Of a DNA stretch of 64,000 bases, positions 32,282 through 43,113 are shown piece after piece. This stretch comes from an uncultured Thalassobaculaceae bacterium (GTDB lineage: Bacteria > Pseudomonadota > Alphaproteobacteria > Thalassobaculales > Thalassobaculaceae): assembly GCA_964276085.1 (NCBI GenBank), contig CAXYEO010000026.1, positions 1,305-65,304 of the forward strand. The letters are read 5' to 3'. A program made the position numbers and the translations under genes. Within the stretch, counting starts at the first letter, position 1. Each line of letters opens with the position of its first letter. The notes under the pieces were generated by a model. The model saw only the letters and a program-made list of their open reading frames with translations, ran no database searches and was not told where the DNA came from.

Positions 32282-34003
32282 ATGGTCACACAGAAGCATG
32301 GACTTGCCAGAGGTCTAACAAATTACGGTGACATGGACTTCAGCCTATATCTTCGCCGAGCTAACGCCGCTTCTATGGGCTATAGCAAAGAAATGCTGAA
32401 CAAACCAGTCATTGGAATAGCAGATACTGGTAGCGGCTTTAATAATTGCCATCGGCATGTGCCAGAAATGATAGAAGCAGTTAAAAGAGGCGTTCTAATG
32501 GCGGGAGGGTTACCTATTGTCTTCCCAACTATTTCACTTGGTGAAACATTTTTAAACCCTACATCAATGATGTATCGAAATTTAATGAGTATGGATACAG
32601 AAGAGATGATACAGGCCCAGCCAATGGATGCGGCTGTAATGATCGGCGGTTGTGATAAAACTTTACCGGCTCAACTCATGGGAGCAGCCAATGCAACTAT
32701 TCCAGTTATTTCGCTTATTACTGGGCCACAACTCACAGGACATTCTGAGGGCGAACGACTTGGAGCTTGTACAGATTGCCGCCGGTTTTGGGGTAAATTT
32801 AGGGCAGCCGAAATCGATCAAGCCGGTATTGATAAAATTGAGTCTCGATTAGTCACGACAGCCGGCACGTGTGCGGTTATGGGCACAGCAAGTACAATGG
32901 CCTGTATAACTGAAACCTTAGGAATGGCGTTACCCGGCACTGCGGCAATACCCGCGACTCACGCCGATCGACTTCGAGCCTCTGAAGCGTCCGGTGCACA
33001 AGCAGTGTATCTGGCGCTTGCGGATCAAGATAAAAAGCTAACTCCAAATAAAATCATCACACCAAGCTCGATAGAAAATGCTCTGAGAATTTTATTATCT
33101 ATTGGCGGGTCCACTAATGCTATCATTCATTTAACAGCTGTAGCTGGCCGCCTTGGCATCCCTATCCCTCTCAGTCAACTAAACATAGTGTCCGATGAAA
33201 CTCCAGTTCTCATCGATCTCAAGCCTACCGGCGAACATTATATGGAAGACTTATTCAAGGCTGGTGGAATGGGGGTTGTTTTACGAGAACTCAAACATTT
33301 ATTGAACCTTGATTGCATGACTGTCACAGGACAAACCCTAGGCGAGCGCCTAGAAGTAGAGCCGGAGTACGTGGATAGAACTGTTGTTAGATCAATCAGT
33401 GATCCTATACAACCCATGGGAGGCCTTGTCTCACTTTTTGGATCCTTAGCACCAAAAGGAGCAATCTTAAAGAGGTCCGCCGCCGATCCAAAATTATTTG
33501 AAACTGAAGGAAGAGCTGTAGTTTTTTCCTCTCTAGAGGATTTAGCTAACAGGATCGATGATCCAAATCTTGATGTCGAGGAAAGAGATATTCTAATATT
33601 ACAAAATGCTGGCCCTAAAAGCGCAGCAGCTATGCCTGAAGCAGGTTACCTTCCTATCCCCAAAAAATTAGCTCGAGCGGGCGTAAAAGATATGGTTCGC
33701 ATATCCGATGCTCGCATGAGCGGCACGGCATATGGTACTATTGTGTTGCATGTTACACCTGAGGCAGCAATGGGAGGACCCCTAGCGCTCGTCAAAAATG
33801 GTGATTCGGTGAGAATTAGCGTAAAGAATCGTTCTTTAGACCTACTTGTAAGTAATGAGGAGATGAACACTCGTCGGCAGCAACTAAAGATAGCGGATGT
33901 ACCAGTGCATCATAGGGGCTACAAGAAGCTTTACTATGATACTGTTCTACAGGCTGACGGGGGATGCGATTTTGATTTTCTAAGAGATCCAACTCTACTT
34001 TAG
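32282..34003 (+). CDS. IlvD/Edd family dehydratase (sugar-acid dehydratase-like)
   Basis: 573-aa ORF with KPVIGIADTGSGFNNCHRH, MIGGCDKTLPAQLMGA, AGTCAVMGTASTM, SDARMSGTAYGTIVLHVTPEAAMGGPLALVKNGD. Confidence 0.9.
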   Translation: MVTQKHGLARGLTNYGDMDFSLYLRRANAASMGYSKEMLNKPVIGIADTGSGFNNCHRHVPEMIEAVKRGVLMAGGLPIVFPTISLGETFLNPTSMMYRNLMSMDTEEMIQAQPMDAAVMIGGCDKTLPAQLMGAANATIPVISLITGPQLTGHSEGERLGACTDCRRFWGKFRAAEIDQAGIDKIESRLVTTAGTCAVMGTASTMACITETLGMALPGTAAIPATHADRLRASEASGAQAVYLALADQDKKLTPNKIITPSSIENALRILLSIGGSTNAIIHLTAVAGRLGIPIPLSQLNIVSDETPVLIDLKPTGEHYMEDLFKAGGMGVVLRELKHLLNLDCMTVTGQTLGERLEVEPEYVDRTVVRSISDPIQPMGGLVSLFGSLAPKGAILKRSAADPKLFETEGRAVVFSSLEDLANRIDDPNLDVEERDILILQNAGPKSAAAMPEAGYLPIPKKLARAGVKDMVRISDARMSGTAYGTIVLHVTPEAAMGGPLALVKNGDSVRISVKNRSLDLLVSNEEMNTRRQQLKIADVPVHHRGYKKLYYDTVLQADGGCDFDFLRDPTLL

Positions 34004-34034
34004 GATAAATTTTCATCATCCTTAATGTTTGACT

Positions 34035-34919
34035 TCAAAACCCATATAGTATCGAGGGATTTTCGTTGAGTATCATTTTTCTACGAGAGGTTTCCGGTAT
34101 CCAATTGCAGAATATGCGAAATAAATCGCTGTCTTTGGGTGGTTCTTCAGTAACCTCCAAATGAGGCCAGTTGGTCCCCCAGATCATTCTTTCTGGCGCC
34201 CAGTTAATAAGCGCACTGGCAATCTCCATAACTTCTGGATCGTCGATCAAGCCTGTACGAGACGAATTGTAAGGTGCTGATAATTTTACCCAGACCTTGT
34301 CTCTATCAATCAATCGTGTCAAGGCCTTAAAACCGCGTTGTTTTAAAGTTTTAGTTCGTGAAAATTGACCTATATGTCGAAGAGTTATATACCCAGGCCA
34401 AGATGAGAGTCTCTGCTCGACCTCATGTAAGTCAGAGCCATCCATATGAAGGTCGACACTCCAGCCTAAATCATTAATCCGCCAAGCTAGACGCTCTGCC
34501 TCATCCCATTCATATTTTTCGTCCCCCGCCGTCATAATAAATTGAGCAGCAATTATTCCTGAACCTTTTAATCCCTCTAACTCATCGTCGCTCATATCCA
34601 AGTTTAGTGTTGCGACGCCAAAAGCTTTCGAAATACCTTGATTTTTGTCGATCTCATTCAGTTCCGAAATTGTCTTGATAAGAAATTGATGATCAAAACC
34701 TTGGTCTTCTGGTTGTAGAAAAACTGCTCCTGCCACGGAGAGTTTCTGACTAAGAGCTTTATATTCCGATACTAAAGAAGCAGCCTGCTTACTTTCAACA
34801 ACTTCTTTAGATTCTGAAATGTTTACATCTTTGTCGTCATGACGGTCCTCAACACTCAGAATTTGAGCATGACAATCATACAAACAGTATTTATTAGTAT
34901 CCCCGCTATTTGCGTTCAT
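34035..34919 (-). CDS. Amidohydrolase-2 family protein (LigI / sugar-lactonase-like)
   Basis: 294-aa ORF with N-terminal YDCHAQI (HxH position reads H-A-Q), DLHMD, and C-terminal MIWGTNWPH typical of the PF04909-type lactonase/decarboxylase family. Confidence 0.7.
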   Translation of the reverse strand: MNANSGDTNKYCLYDCHAQILSVEDRHDDKDVNISESKEVVESKQAASLVSEYKALSQKLSVAGAVFLQPEDQGFDHQFLIKTISELNEIDKNQGISKAFGVATLNLDMSDDELEGLKGSGIIAAQFIMTAGDEKYEWDEAERLAWRINDLGWSVDLHMDGSDLHEVEQRLSSWPGYITLRHIGQFSRTKTLKQRGFKALTRLIDRDKVWVKLSAPYNSSRTGLIDDPEVMEIASALINWAPERMIWGTNWPHLEVTEEPPKDSDLFRIFCNWIPETSRRKMILNENPSILYGF

Positions 34920-35038
34920 TTAAATCCTTCGCAGTAAAATCAAATTTTTTTGACGATTTAATTTTACTAATTATTATTTCTGATAGTACAGAATACTTAA
35001 TCAATTTTGTCATACTGATTATTTAAGAATTACAACGA

Positions 35039-36583
35039 TCACATAGTAGCCCCTATTTGCCACGGAACAAATTCATTATCACCGATACCTAATTCCTCAC
35101 TTTTAGTGGGCTCACCCGATGCCGTTTGTAATATCTTTTCAAAAATCCGTTCTCCCATATCATCTATAGATAGATCCTCATCAAGAACTTCGCCACAATT
35201 GATATCCATATCTTCTTCCATGCGCCGATACATAGCTGAATTAGTTGCTAATTTAAGGGAGGGCGCGGGCTTGCAACCATAGCAGGACCCTCTCCCAGTG
35301 GTAAATGTGACTATATTTGAACCACTAGCTACCTGTCCTGTTATTGAGCATGGGTCATAACCTGGACTATCCATAAAAACGAATCCTTTAGTGTCAATAC
35401 GCTCCCCGTAATTATAAACTCCACAAAGATTAGTAACGCCCCCCTTTGCAGCCGCTCCAAGGGACTTCTCTAGGATAGTTGTAAGCCCACCTGCCTTATT
35501 TCCAGGGGAAGGATTATTATTCATTTCGCCACCATTACGCTCGCAATAACCCTCCCACCATTTAATACGTTCAACTAACTTCTCTCCAACCTCTCTGCTT
35601 ATCGCCCGACGTGTAAGTAGATGTTCAGCACCATAAATTTCTGGTGTCTCTGCTAATACGGCAGTTCCTCCATGCCGGACAAGAAGCGTGGCGGCAGCAC
35701 CGAGAGCCGGATTTGCTGTCATTCCTGAATAGGCATCGGAACCTCCACACTGAAGCGCGAGAGTTAACTCGCTAACCGGTACTATCGAACGCTTGGCTTG
35801 TGCGGCTTCGGGTAGCATATCTTTTATTAAACTAAGACCATGTGCGACAGTTTTCCGTGTCCCGCCGGTATCTTGCAAGGTCATCGTTTGGAACTTTGCT
35901 CCCCGCTCTAAACCATACGCATCCAGCAAGAAGTCGATCTGATTAACTTCACAACCAAGACCAACCATCACTATGCCAGCAAAGTTTGAATGCTGAGCAA
36001 AACCCCAAAGAACGCGTTGTAAATTTTGATAGCCAGCCCCTGAGTCGGCCATCCCACACCCCGTGGAATGAGTCAATGCAACAACTCCATCGACTGTTGG
36101 GTATTGGGCGAGTAAATCTTCCGATACTGAAGCGGCTATATATTTTGCCGCAGACGCTGAACAATTAACACTTGTTAAAACCCCTATATAATTGCGCGTC
36201 CCAACCTGCCCATTGGGTCGCACATAACCTTGGAATGTTTTTTGTTCAGAGGCAGAAAAGTACTCTGTCGGGGTAACGCCCTCACAAAACTGGTAATCAC
36301 GAGCAAAATCACGCATCTCGACATTGTGGACATGTACATGTTCCCCAGGAGATATTTCTGCTGAAGCAAAGCCAATAACTTGGTCATATTTTCTTATTTC
36401 TTCACCACTTCGGATTAAGCGCGTGGCGATCTTATGTCCTGATGGGATTTCACTCTTTGAACTAACTTGCTCACCATCAATAATCATGTTGGCGAGCATA
36501 TCTAATCTAGCCGTGACAACATTATCGGCTGGATGCAACCGCACCACTAGCCTATTTCCCGAATTATGCCCAACCTCTACCAT
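35039..36583 (-). CDS. UxaA family hydrolyase (altronate/galactarate dehydratase-like)
   Basis: 514-aa ORF with an N-terminal SAF-type segment (VRLHPADNVVTARLDM...GHKIA) and a large UxaA/GarD-type C-domain (ALTHSTGCGM, VGLGCEVNQ, LALQCGGSDAYSG, FTTGRGS). Confidence 0.85.
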   Translation of the reverse strand: MVEVGHNSGNRLVVRLHPADNVVTARLDMLANMIIDGEQVSSKSEIPSGHKIATRLIRSGEEIRKYDQVIGFASAEISPGEHVHVHNVEMRDFARDYQFCEGVTPTEYFSASEQKTFQGYVRPNGQVGTRNYIGVLTSVNCSASAAKYIAASVSEDLLAQYPTVDGVVALTHSTGCGMADSGAGYQNLQRVLWGFAQHSNFAGIVMVGLGCEVNQIDFLLDAYGLERGAKFQTMTLQDTGGTRKTVAHGLSLIKDMLPEAAQAKRSIVPVSELTLALQCGGSDAYSGMTANPALGAAATLLVRHGGTAVLAETPEIYGAEHLLTRRAISREVGEKLVERIKWWEGYCERNGGEMNNNPSPGNKAGGLTTILEKSLGAAAKGGVTNLCGVYNYGERIDTKGFVFMDSPGYDPCSITGQVASGSNIVTFTTGRGSCYGCKPAPSLKLATNSAMYRRMEEDMDINCGEVLDEDLSIDDMGERIFEKILQTASGEPTKSEELGIGDNEFVPWQIGATM

Positions 36584-36680
36584 GATCGCTTCTCCCTCTT
36601 CCCTGAAGAGATTAGTATAAACTATCCAACCATTTCAGCAAATGGCCTTGCTAGACCATAGTGACAAAAGCTAAGTATGA

Positions 36681-37444
<764 letters not shown>

Positions 37445-37445
<1 letters not shown>

Positions 37446-38407
37446 TGGAGGATGGCTCAATCACCCTAGACGGTTTTCACAAAGCAGCATCTCGTATAAG
37501 TGGGCACATCAGAAATACACCCCTTCTTGATAGTAAACCGCTTAAAAATGATTTGATTTCCGCAGGATCCTTATTTTTAAAACTTGAAAACTTACAACCA
37601 ACAGGGTCGTTTAAAGTGCGAGGTGCGATCAATACCCTTAACACTTTGTCAGAAGAGGAGAAGAATAAAGGTTTAATTACAGCATCCGGTGGGAACCACG
37701 GACTCGCTGTTGCTTACGCCGCTTATTTAGCAAGAATTCCCGCTGTTATCTACCTTCCAAGTTCAACAAGCGAAGAAAAAAAAACCAAACTTAAGTCCTG
37801 GGGTGCAACAACTCGAACTGTAGGGGAGGTTTGGGACGAGGCCAATGGGGAGGCGTTAAAAGAAGCAAAAATTTGTGATATGACTTACATCCATCCATTT
37901 GCAGACCCACGTGTGATATATGGTCAAGGAACTATTTCCCTCGAAATTTTAGATGAAAGACCAAACATCGATACACTACTCGTTGCTATTGGAGGAGGTG
38001 GACTAGCGGCAGGGGTAGCGGCAGCCGCAAAACTAATAAAACCAGAAATTAGAGTTATTGGTATTGAACCTGAAGGAGCCCCAACTCATCATGATAGTAG
38101 AAAAGCTGGTGACTTAGTCACTTTGTCTAAAATCGACACTAAGGCAGGAACCTTAGCGCCAAGAAGATCTGAACCTCTAAATTTCAACCTTATCAGCAAG
38201 TATGTCGATGAAATAGTACTTGTTAGCGACAGTGCTATGGAAGATGCGGCGCGCTGGCTATGGTTTGAACTAGGAATAGCAGCCGAATTGAGCGGTGCTG
38301 CCGCCATAGCTGCATTATCCCAACAATTGATATCAATAAAAAATGGATCAACTATCTGTTCAATTATCTGTGGCGGTGGCACTGATGGAATTGACAAACC
38401 CATATAA
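37445..38407 (+). CDS. PLP-dependent serine/threonine (or hydroxy-amino-acid) dehydratase
   Basis: 320-aa ORF with PLP-lysine motif TGSFKVRGA, SGGNHG and GGGGLAAG. Its start overlaps the SDR stop (TAATG), implying translational coupling. Confidence 0.85.
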
Positions 38408-38423
38408 TTGATATTTTTGCGAC

Positions 38424-39671
38424 TTACCCGTCTGTTTGTATCAGATTTAACCCAACATGAAATGCATCAAAGTTACGCATGTTGCTTATGTTAGCACTGT
38501 CTTTCAAAGGCACGTTACTGATCAGTGGCACGGTCTGCTCAGTAGAACCACCATGAGATCGCAAAGGGACATCTAAACCTGAGAGGTCATGCTCGGATGC
38601 CTTAGTCCCGAGGACTTTATATTTGTCTGATATCACGACAAGGTCTCCCATGCGGTCTGCAGGGAGTTCATATCGAGCACACGCTTCTTCGCAAGTTAAA
38701 ACTGATAATATGCCATTAACTTTCAGTAGATCCCTAATAATGGGGTCAACATTCATATTCGTTGGAAAGTATACGGTAGCAAAGGAACCTAGAGCACCAT
38801 GATGGACTACATACGGGTCAGTAATTGGCAAAATCACACGGGCTTCGTTATCTCCTATTGCCTTATCAAAAAAATCTTGCAAATAAATCACATCAGGGTT
38901 CCCCAAACTATCATATTTTGGGTTCATACCATGGTCCGCTGTGAGGATTAAATTAGCTCCTAATGCATTGATCTGAGCCCAATAGGAATCCATCATTTTA
39001 TAAAATTCATTTGCGCCCTGAGAACCAGGAGCAAACTTATGCTGAATGTAATCAGTTGTTGATAAATACATAAGATCAACTTTGGTTGATTCGAGTAATT
39101 TAACACCTGCCGCAAAAACAAATTCAGAGAGATCCGCGCTATAAACAGATGGCAAATCCAATCCTGTGTTTTGTAATATATTTTCGTACCCATGTTCTTC
39201 TAGCGATAATTCATCCGCTTTTTCAGCGGAGAAACAGACAGAACCTTCTCTTCCAAATGTTAGTCCATGGCCCAGTAATTTTCGTAGTTTATCTTTTGCC
39301 GTGATCACTGCAATTCGAGCACCTTCTCTTTCGAACGCAGAAAAAATGGTAGGTGCTCTGAGTAGACTAGGATCATTCATCATGATTTCCTGACCTGAGT
39401 CAGTATCGTAGAAAAAATTACCGCATATTCCATGCACCGATGGCGGGCAGCCCGTAACGATTGATATATTATTTGGATTAGTAAAGCTTGGAACGACCGC
39501 ATCTACACGCAAATCCACTCCGCGCGAAAGCATTTTTTTAGTAAAGGGCATAGAACCATTTTCCACCGCTTGCTCAATATAATCTGGCTCTGACCCATCA
39601 ATGCATACAACGACAAGTGGTTTTTTTGGCCAATTATACTCTCGTCCATTTACCTCAACTGACTGGTTCAT
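38424..39671 (-). CDS. phnA: Phosphonoacetate hydrolase
   Basis: 415-aa ORF with VVVCIDGSEPDYIE, VVPSFTNPNNISIVTGCPPSVHGICGNFFYD, LRAPTIF, AVITAKDKLRKLLGH, SVYSADLSEFVFAAG, MYLSTTDYIQHK, ADHGMN, ILPITDPYVVHHGALGSFATVY, DLSGLDVPLRSHGGSTEQ. These closely track Pseudomonas fluorescens PhnA as I recall it. Confidence 0.85.
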   Translation of the reverse strand: MNQSVEVNGREYNWPKKPLVVVCIDGSEPDYIEQAVENGSMPFTKKMLSRGVDLRVDAVVPSFTNPNNISIVTGCPPSVHGICGNFFYDTDSGQEIMMNDPSLLRAPTIFSAFEREGARIAVITAKDKLRKLLGHGLTFGREGSVCFSAEKADELSLEEHGYENILQNTGLDLPSVYSADLSEFVFAAGVKLLESTKVDLMYLSTTDYIQHKFAPGSQGANEFYKMMDSYWAQINALGANLILTADHGMNPKYDSLGNPDVIYLQDFFDKAIGDNEARVILPITDPYVVHHGALGSFATVYFPTNMNVDPIIRDLLKVNGILSVLTCEEACARYELPADRMGDLVVISDKYKVLGTKASEHDLSGLDVPLRSHGGSTEQTVPLISNVPLKDSANISNMRNFDAFHVGLNLIQTDG

Positions 39672-39743
39672 AAATGAAAACCCTTTTCACAATAATTAGT
39701 AACTCTAATTTTTTAAATTAACGTTAAGCTATTATAAAAACAA

Positions 39744-39980
39744 CTATTCGGGACCTTTTTCTATCAAAAACTCGATGTCATCCTCCCGCTCTTGCATAGC
39801 TATAAGCTTATGTCCTTTTGAATTACAAAAGTGCTTAAAATCAAGAGGTGAGGCCGGGTCTGTAGATAATATACGTATTTGTGAGCCCGTGCTTAAACCC
39901 TTCATAGCTTTACGAGCCTTCAAAACTGGCAACGGGCATTTGAGCCCTGTTGCATCAACCAAGATTATATCATCATTCAT
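39744..39980 (-). CDS. TusA/SirA-like sulfurtransferase
   Basis: 78-aa ORF with the hallmark DATGLKCPLPVLKARKAMK (CPxP). Confidence 0.8.
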   Translation of the reverse strand: MNDDIILVDATGLKCPLPVLKARKAMKGLSTGSQIRILSTDPASPLDFKHFCNSKGHKLIAMQEREDDIEFLIEKGPE

Positions 39981-40240
39981 TTTATTATATCTTTCAGAAT
40001 AGACGCACGGGGGTCAAAGTTCAATAATAAGCCAGTTTAATGCCAGTCTAAATATTCATCTTTTATATAACGAAAAAATTTTATTAAATCAGGTGAATAA
40101 GCTTATTAAACTACGATAGAAAAATCGCAGGTAAATTTTATTATATCCCATGAAAACACTTCTTTCTTTTTATAAAGCTCACCAAAAAAGAAGTATTCCC
40201 TTTTTTTGACAAATTATAAGATTGATGTTTTTACAAATAA

Positions 40241-41122
40241 TTAACTTTCTTTAAGGAAAGGTAACAAGGCAGATAAAGTCTCTTCAGGGTTTTCTTCTGG
40301 CAAGAAATGCCCGCAATCAACGGAATGGCCTACCGGGGGGGATGCACACCAGTCTTGCCAAATAGAAATATTATCCAAATTGCTACGACCATCGCGTTGC
40401 CCCCATAATGTCATTACCGGGCAAATTATTTTTTTTCCTGCCTTTTTATCCTCTGCATCATTATACCAGTCCGAAGTAGCACCTGATCGATAATCTGCAC
40501 AGCAAGAAGAAATCACCGAAGCTTGCCTAAAACACCTCAAATACTCATCCATTGCCTCCGAGCTGAAACTACCCCTAACCTTAGCCCATGAGTCTAGTGT
40601 ATGCCTTAAATATCGCTCAGGGTCTAAACCAATCATATGCTCTGGGAGACCATCTGGTTGCGCTAAAAACTGCCAATGATATCCTGCAATAAAACCCTGC
40701 GCATTCATACGTTCCCACATATCAGATGTCGGTATAATGTCTAGTACAACTAGCTTTTCTACTCGCTCAGCATGATCTAATGCGAAACGATATCCAACCC
40801 TGCCACCTCTATCATGACCAACAACCATCGCTTGATTTATTGATAAGGCATCCAAAACAAACGTTAAATCATTTGCCATTGCGCGTTTCGAATATAGCTG
40901 ATTATCAGTATCTGGAGTAGGCCCGATACTATCACCATAACCGCGAAGATCAGGAAGAATAACAGTAAAATTTTCCATTAATTTTGGTGTTATTTTATGC
41001 CAACACGCATGGGTTTGTGGGTATCCATGCAGTAGTACTAACGCTTTACCTCGACCACCTACTCGAATATTTATCTCAGCATTATCAGTAAGTATTCTTT
41101 TTGTTTCAAACTCCTCAAACAT
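40241..41122 (-). CDS. Alpha/beta hydrolase, haloacetate (fluoroacetate) dehalogenase-like
   Basis: 293-aa ORF with MFEEFE, LLHGYPQTHACW, DLRGYGDS, YSKRAMAND, VVGHDRGGRVGYRFALDH, VLDIIPT, GYHWQFLAQP, CCADYRSG, CGHFLPEE. These parallel Burkholderia FAc-DEX blocks recalled from memory. Confidence 0.8.
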   Translation of the reverse strand: MFEEFETKRILTDNAEINIRVGGRGKALVLLHGYPQTHACWHKITPKLMENFTVILPDLRGYGDSIGPTPDTDNQLYSKRAMANDLTFVLDALSINQAMVVGHDRGGRVGYRFALDHAERVEKLVVLDIIPTSDMWERMNAQGFIAGYHWQFLAQPDGLPEHMIGLDPERYLRHTLDSWAKVRGSFSSEAMDEYLRCFRQASVISSCCADYRSGATSDWYNDAEDKKAGKKIICPVMTLWGQRDGRSNLDNISIWQDWCASPPVGHSVDCGHFLPEENPEETLSALLPFLKES

Positions 41123-41250
41123 AAGCTTTTCAGACCTTTTCCGAACGTCATCACATTACAAAAACAGCGTTCAAATTCAATATAACCAATAGTAGAAGAA
41201 AATTAATTATTTTTCAAAATTGATAATCGCAGCAACGCTCAAATATGTTA

Positions 41251-42048
41251 CTATCTGCCATTAAATTTTGGACTACGCTTCTCTATGAAAGAATTATAAC
41301 CCTCCTGGAAGTCGCTGGTATCAAAGCATTCATATCCCTCCATAAGTTCATCTTCACTTAATGGTTTACCACTAGAGAGCCCTTGAACAATCCGCCGGGC
41401 AAATCGTTTATGCCATCTATTTACCAACGGCGCCCCCTCACAAATTCTCTCGACCATTAATTTTAGCTCGCTGTCTAATTCCTTTTCTGCAACCACTTTA
41501 TTCAAAAGCCCCTTGGCATAGGCCTCTTCTGCATCAAAAATTCTTCCCTCAAAAAGTATTTCAAGAGCTACGGATTTACCAACTAGATCTATTAATCCAG
41601 CCATTTCGTAGTGAGACATGACCAAGCCAAGACGGTTTACGGGTATACCAAAACGTGAATTTTTACTGGCTATTCTTAGATCACAAACTGCAGCTAATTC
41701 TAAAGCCCCTCCAACACACAACCCTTGGATTCGAGCTATTATGGGGTGTCTACATTCAGCAATAGCACTCATAGCCTGATGCATCAAACTCCCATACTCT
41801 GACGCCTTCGCCGAATTTGCACGCTCCAATTCAAATTCTTTAATATCTGCCCCAGGCCCAAGAGCCCTTTCACCAGCCCCCCTCAACACTACACATCGAA
41901 CGCTCTCATCATTATCCAAGTCAACAAAAATAGGCCCTAATTTAGCCCACATCTGTTTATTCAGAGCATTCAGTTTTTCAGGTCTATTTAAAACTACAGT
42001 TGCTATTCCACTAAATTTTTCAACAAAAACAACATCATTCTTAGCCAT
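41251..42048 (-). CDS. Enoyl-CoA hydratase/isomerase (crotonase) family protein
   Basis: 265-aa ORF with VATVVLNRPEKLNAL, VVLRGAGERALGPGADIKE, and oxyanion-hole region IARIQGLCVGGALELAAVCDLRIA. Confidence 0.85.
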   Translation of the reverse strand: MAKNDVVFVEKFSGIATVVLNRPEKLNALNKQMWAKLGPIFVDLDNDESVRCVVLRGAGERALGPGADIKEFELERANSAKASEYGSLMHQAMSAIAECRHPIIARIQGLCVGGALELAAVCDLRIASKNSRFGIPVNRLGLVMSHYEMAGLIDLVGKSVALEILFEGRIFDAEEAYAKGLLNKVVAEKELDSELKLMVERICEGAPLVNRWHKRFARRIVQGLSSGKPLSEDELMEGYECFDTSDFQEGYNSFIEKRSPKFNGR

Positions 42049-42076
42049 ACACTATTCCTTAAAATATAGGTTACTT

Positions 42077-42868
42077 TCATTTATCCATTATAACGTCCGA
42101 GAGACTTGGAAACCCGGCAACTTTATGTTTAACGGAGTAATTTAACGACTCTTCACCAAGAGGAGCTATTTCCCATACCCACGTCCTATTTTGCCATGGA
42201 ATAGGTGTATCGTTTAAAGCCGAAAGTTTTTTTATCAATTTACCTTTTGTATCAAAAATTTCTCTCTCTATGTCAGTGATCAGACATACCGTGCAAGAAA
42301 AACACTCAAGATATTTAAGATGACACTCAATAATTTTCTTTGACATAAGGTTAATGTCATCCTGGTTAATTTTAAAGTAGTCCTCTAAATAGGCAGAAGG
42401 CAAGGTTGGCAACTGAGATAGAATATTCAATGAAATAATCAAATCTGCTTGATCATCATCTAAGAATCGATTGGGAGAACGTATTTCAAAATTCCCTGTT
42501 ATTATATTATCGATGCTTTCTGTTACATCGTGGGTAATTAATTTTACATTTGGGTTCCTCCAAGATATCCACCTAATAGGAAATGAGTGGATTAAATCTA
42601 CAAGCACAACCTCCTTAAAATGAGATATCAACTCTTTTAAAGGCAGATCATAACCAAGTCCTGCTCCAAAAACTATGACGCGGTTATTTCCTGGAGCTTT
42701 TACTATTGCCTCTTTTATTACGTCTCGGCTTTTCTTGAGATGATTTGACCATGCGTTTTTACAACGACCATAGCGACTAATTATTGAGACATTTTCTTTT
42801 AAATAACCCAAACGACGCGCTATCTTGGGACAGGGAGTAATTGCATAAATCATAGCTTCTAGTAACAT
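42077..42868 (-). CDS. Hypothetical protein, possibly a Rossmann-fold methyltransferase-like protein
   Basis: VIVFGAGLGYDLPLKEL and DLIISLNILSQLP resemble SAM-methyltransferase motifs I and post-II, but I recognise no family. I prefer ATG 42868; the track begins at TTG 42916. Confidence 0.45.
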   Translation of the reverse strand: MLLEAMIYAITPCPKIARRLGYLKENVSIISRYGRCKNAWSNHLKKSRDVIKEAIVKAPGNNRVIVFGAGLGYDLPLKELISHFKEVVLVDLIHSFPIRWISWRNPNVKLITHDVTESIDNIITGNFEIRSPNRFLDDDQADLIISLNILSQLPTLPSAYLEDYFKINQDDINLMSKKIIECHLKYLECFSCTVCLITDIEREIFDTKGKLIKKLSALNDTPIPWQNRTWVWEIAPLGEESLNYSVKHKVAGFPSLSDVIMDK

Positions 42869-43113
42869 TAACACCCCATTTATCTGCCTTGCATATTGAC
42901 AATACTCTAAATACAAAGCACTTTAAATCGTGTTTGATGCTGGGGTGTTCTTTTCAAATAATTCCGAAAAGTTCTGAGATTATACCCATGGAACCTGAAC
43001 CGGTTAACCCCGGCGTAGGAAGTCGTCTTAATTCCAGCTTCAACTACAAAAATTAAACGCTATATCAAAGGGACCAATCGATATAGAAATATTCCATTAG
43101 TTGGGGCAACCAG

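Noticed and set aside
40097-40108. Perfect 12-bp palindrome AATAAGCTTATT in the 260-bp AT-rich spacer upstream of the dehalogenase-like gene
   Set aside because: It is a single short AT-rich palindrome containing a HindIII site, with no second copy in the window. It is too weak to call an operator.
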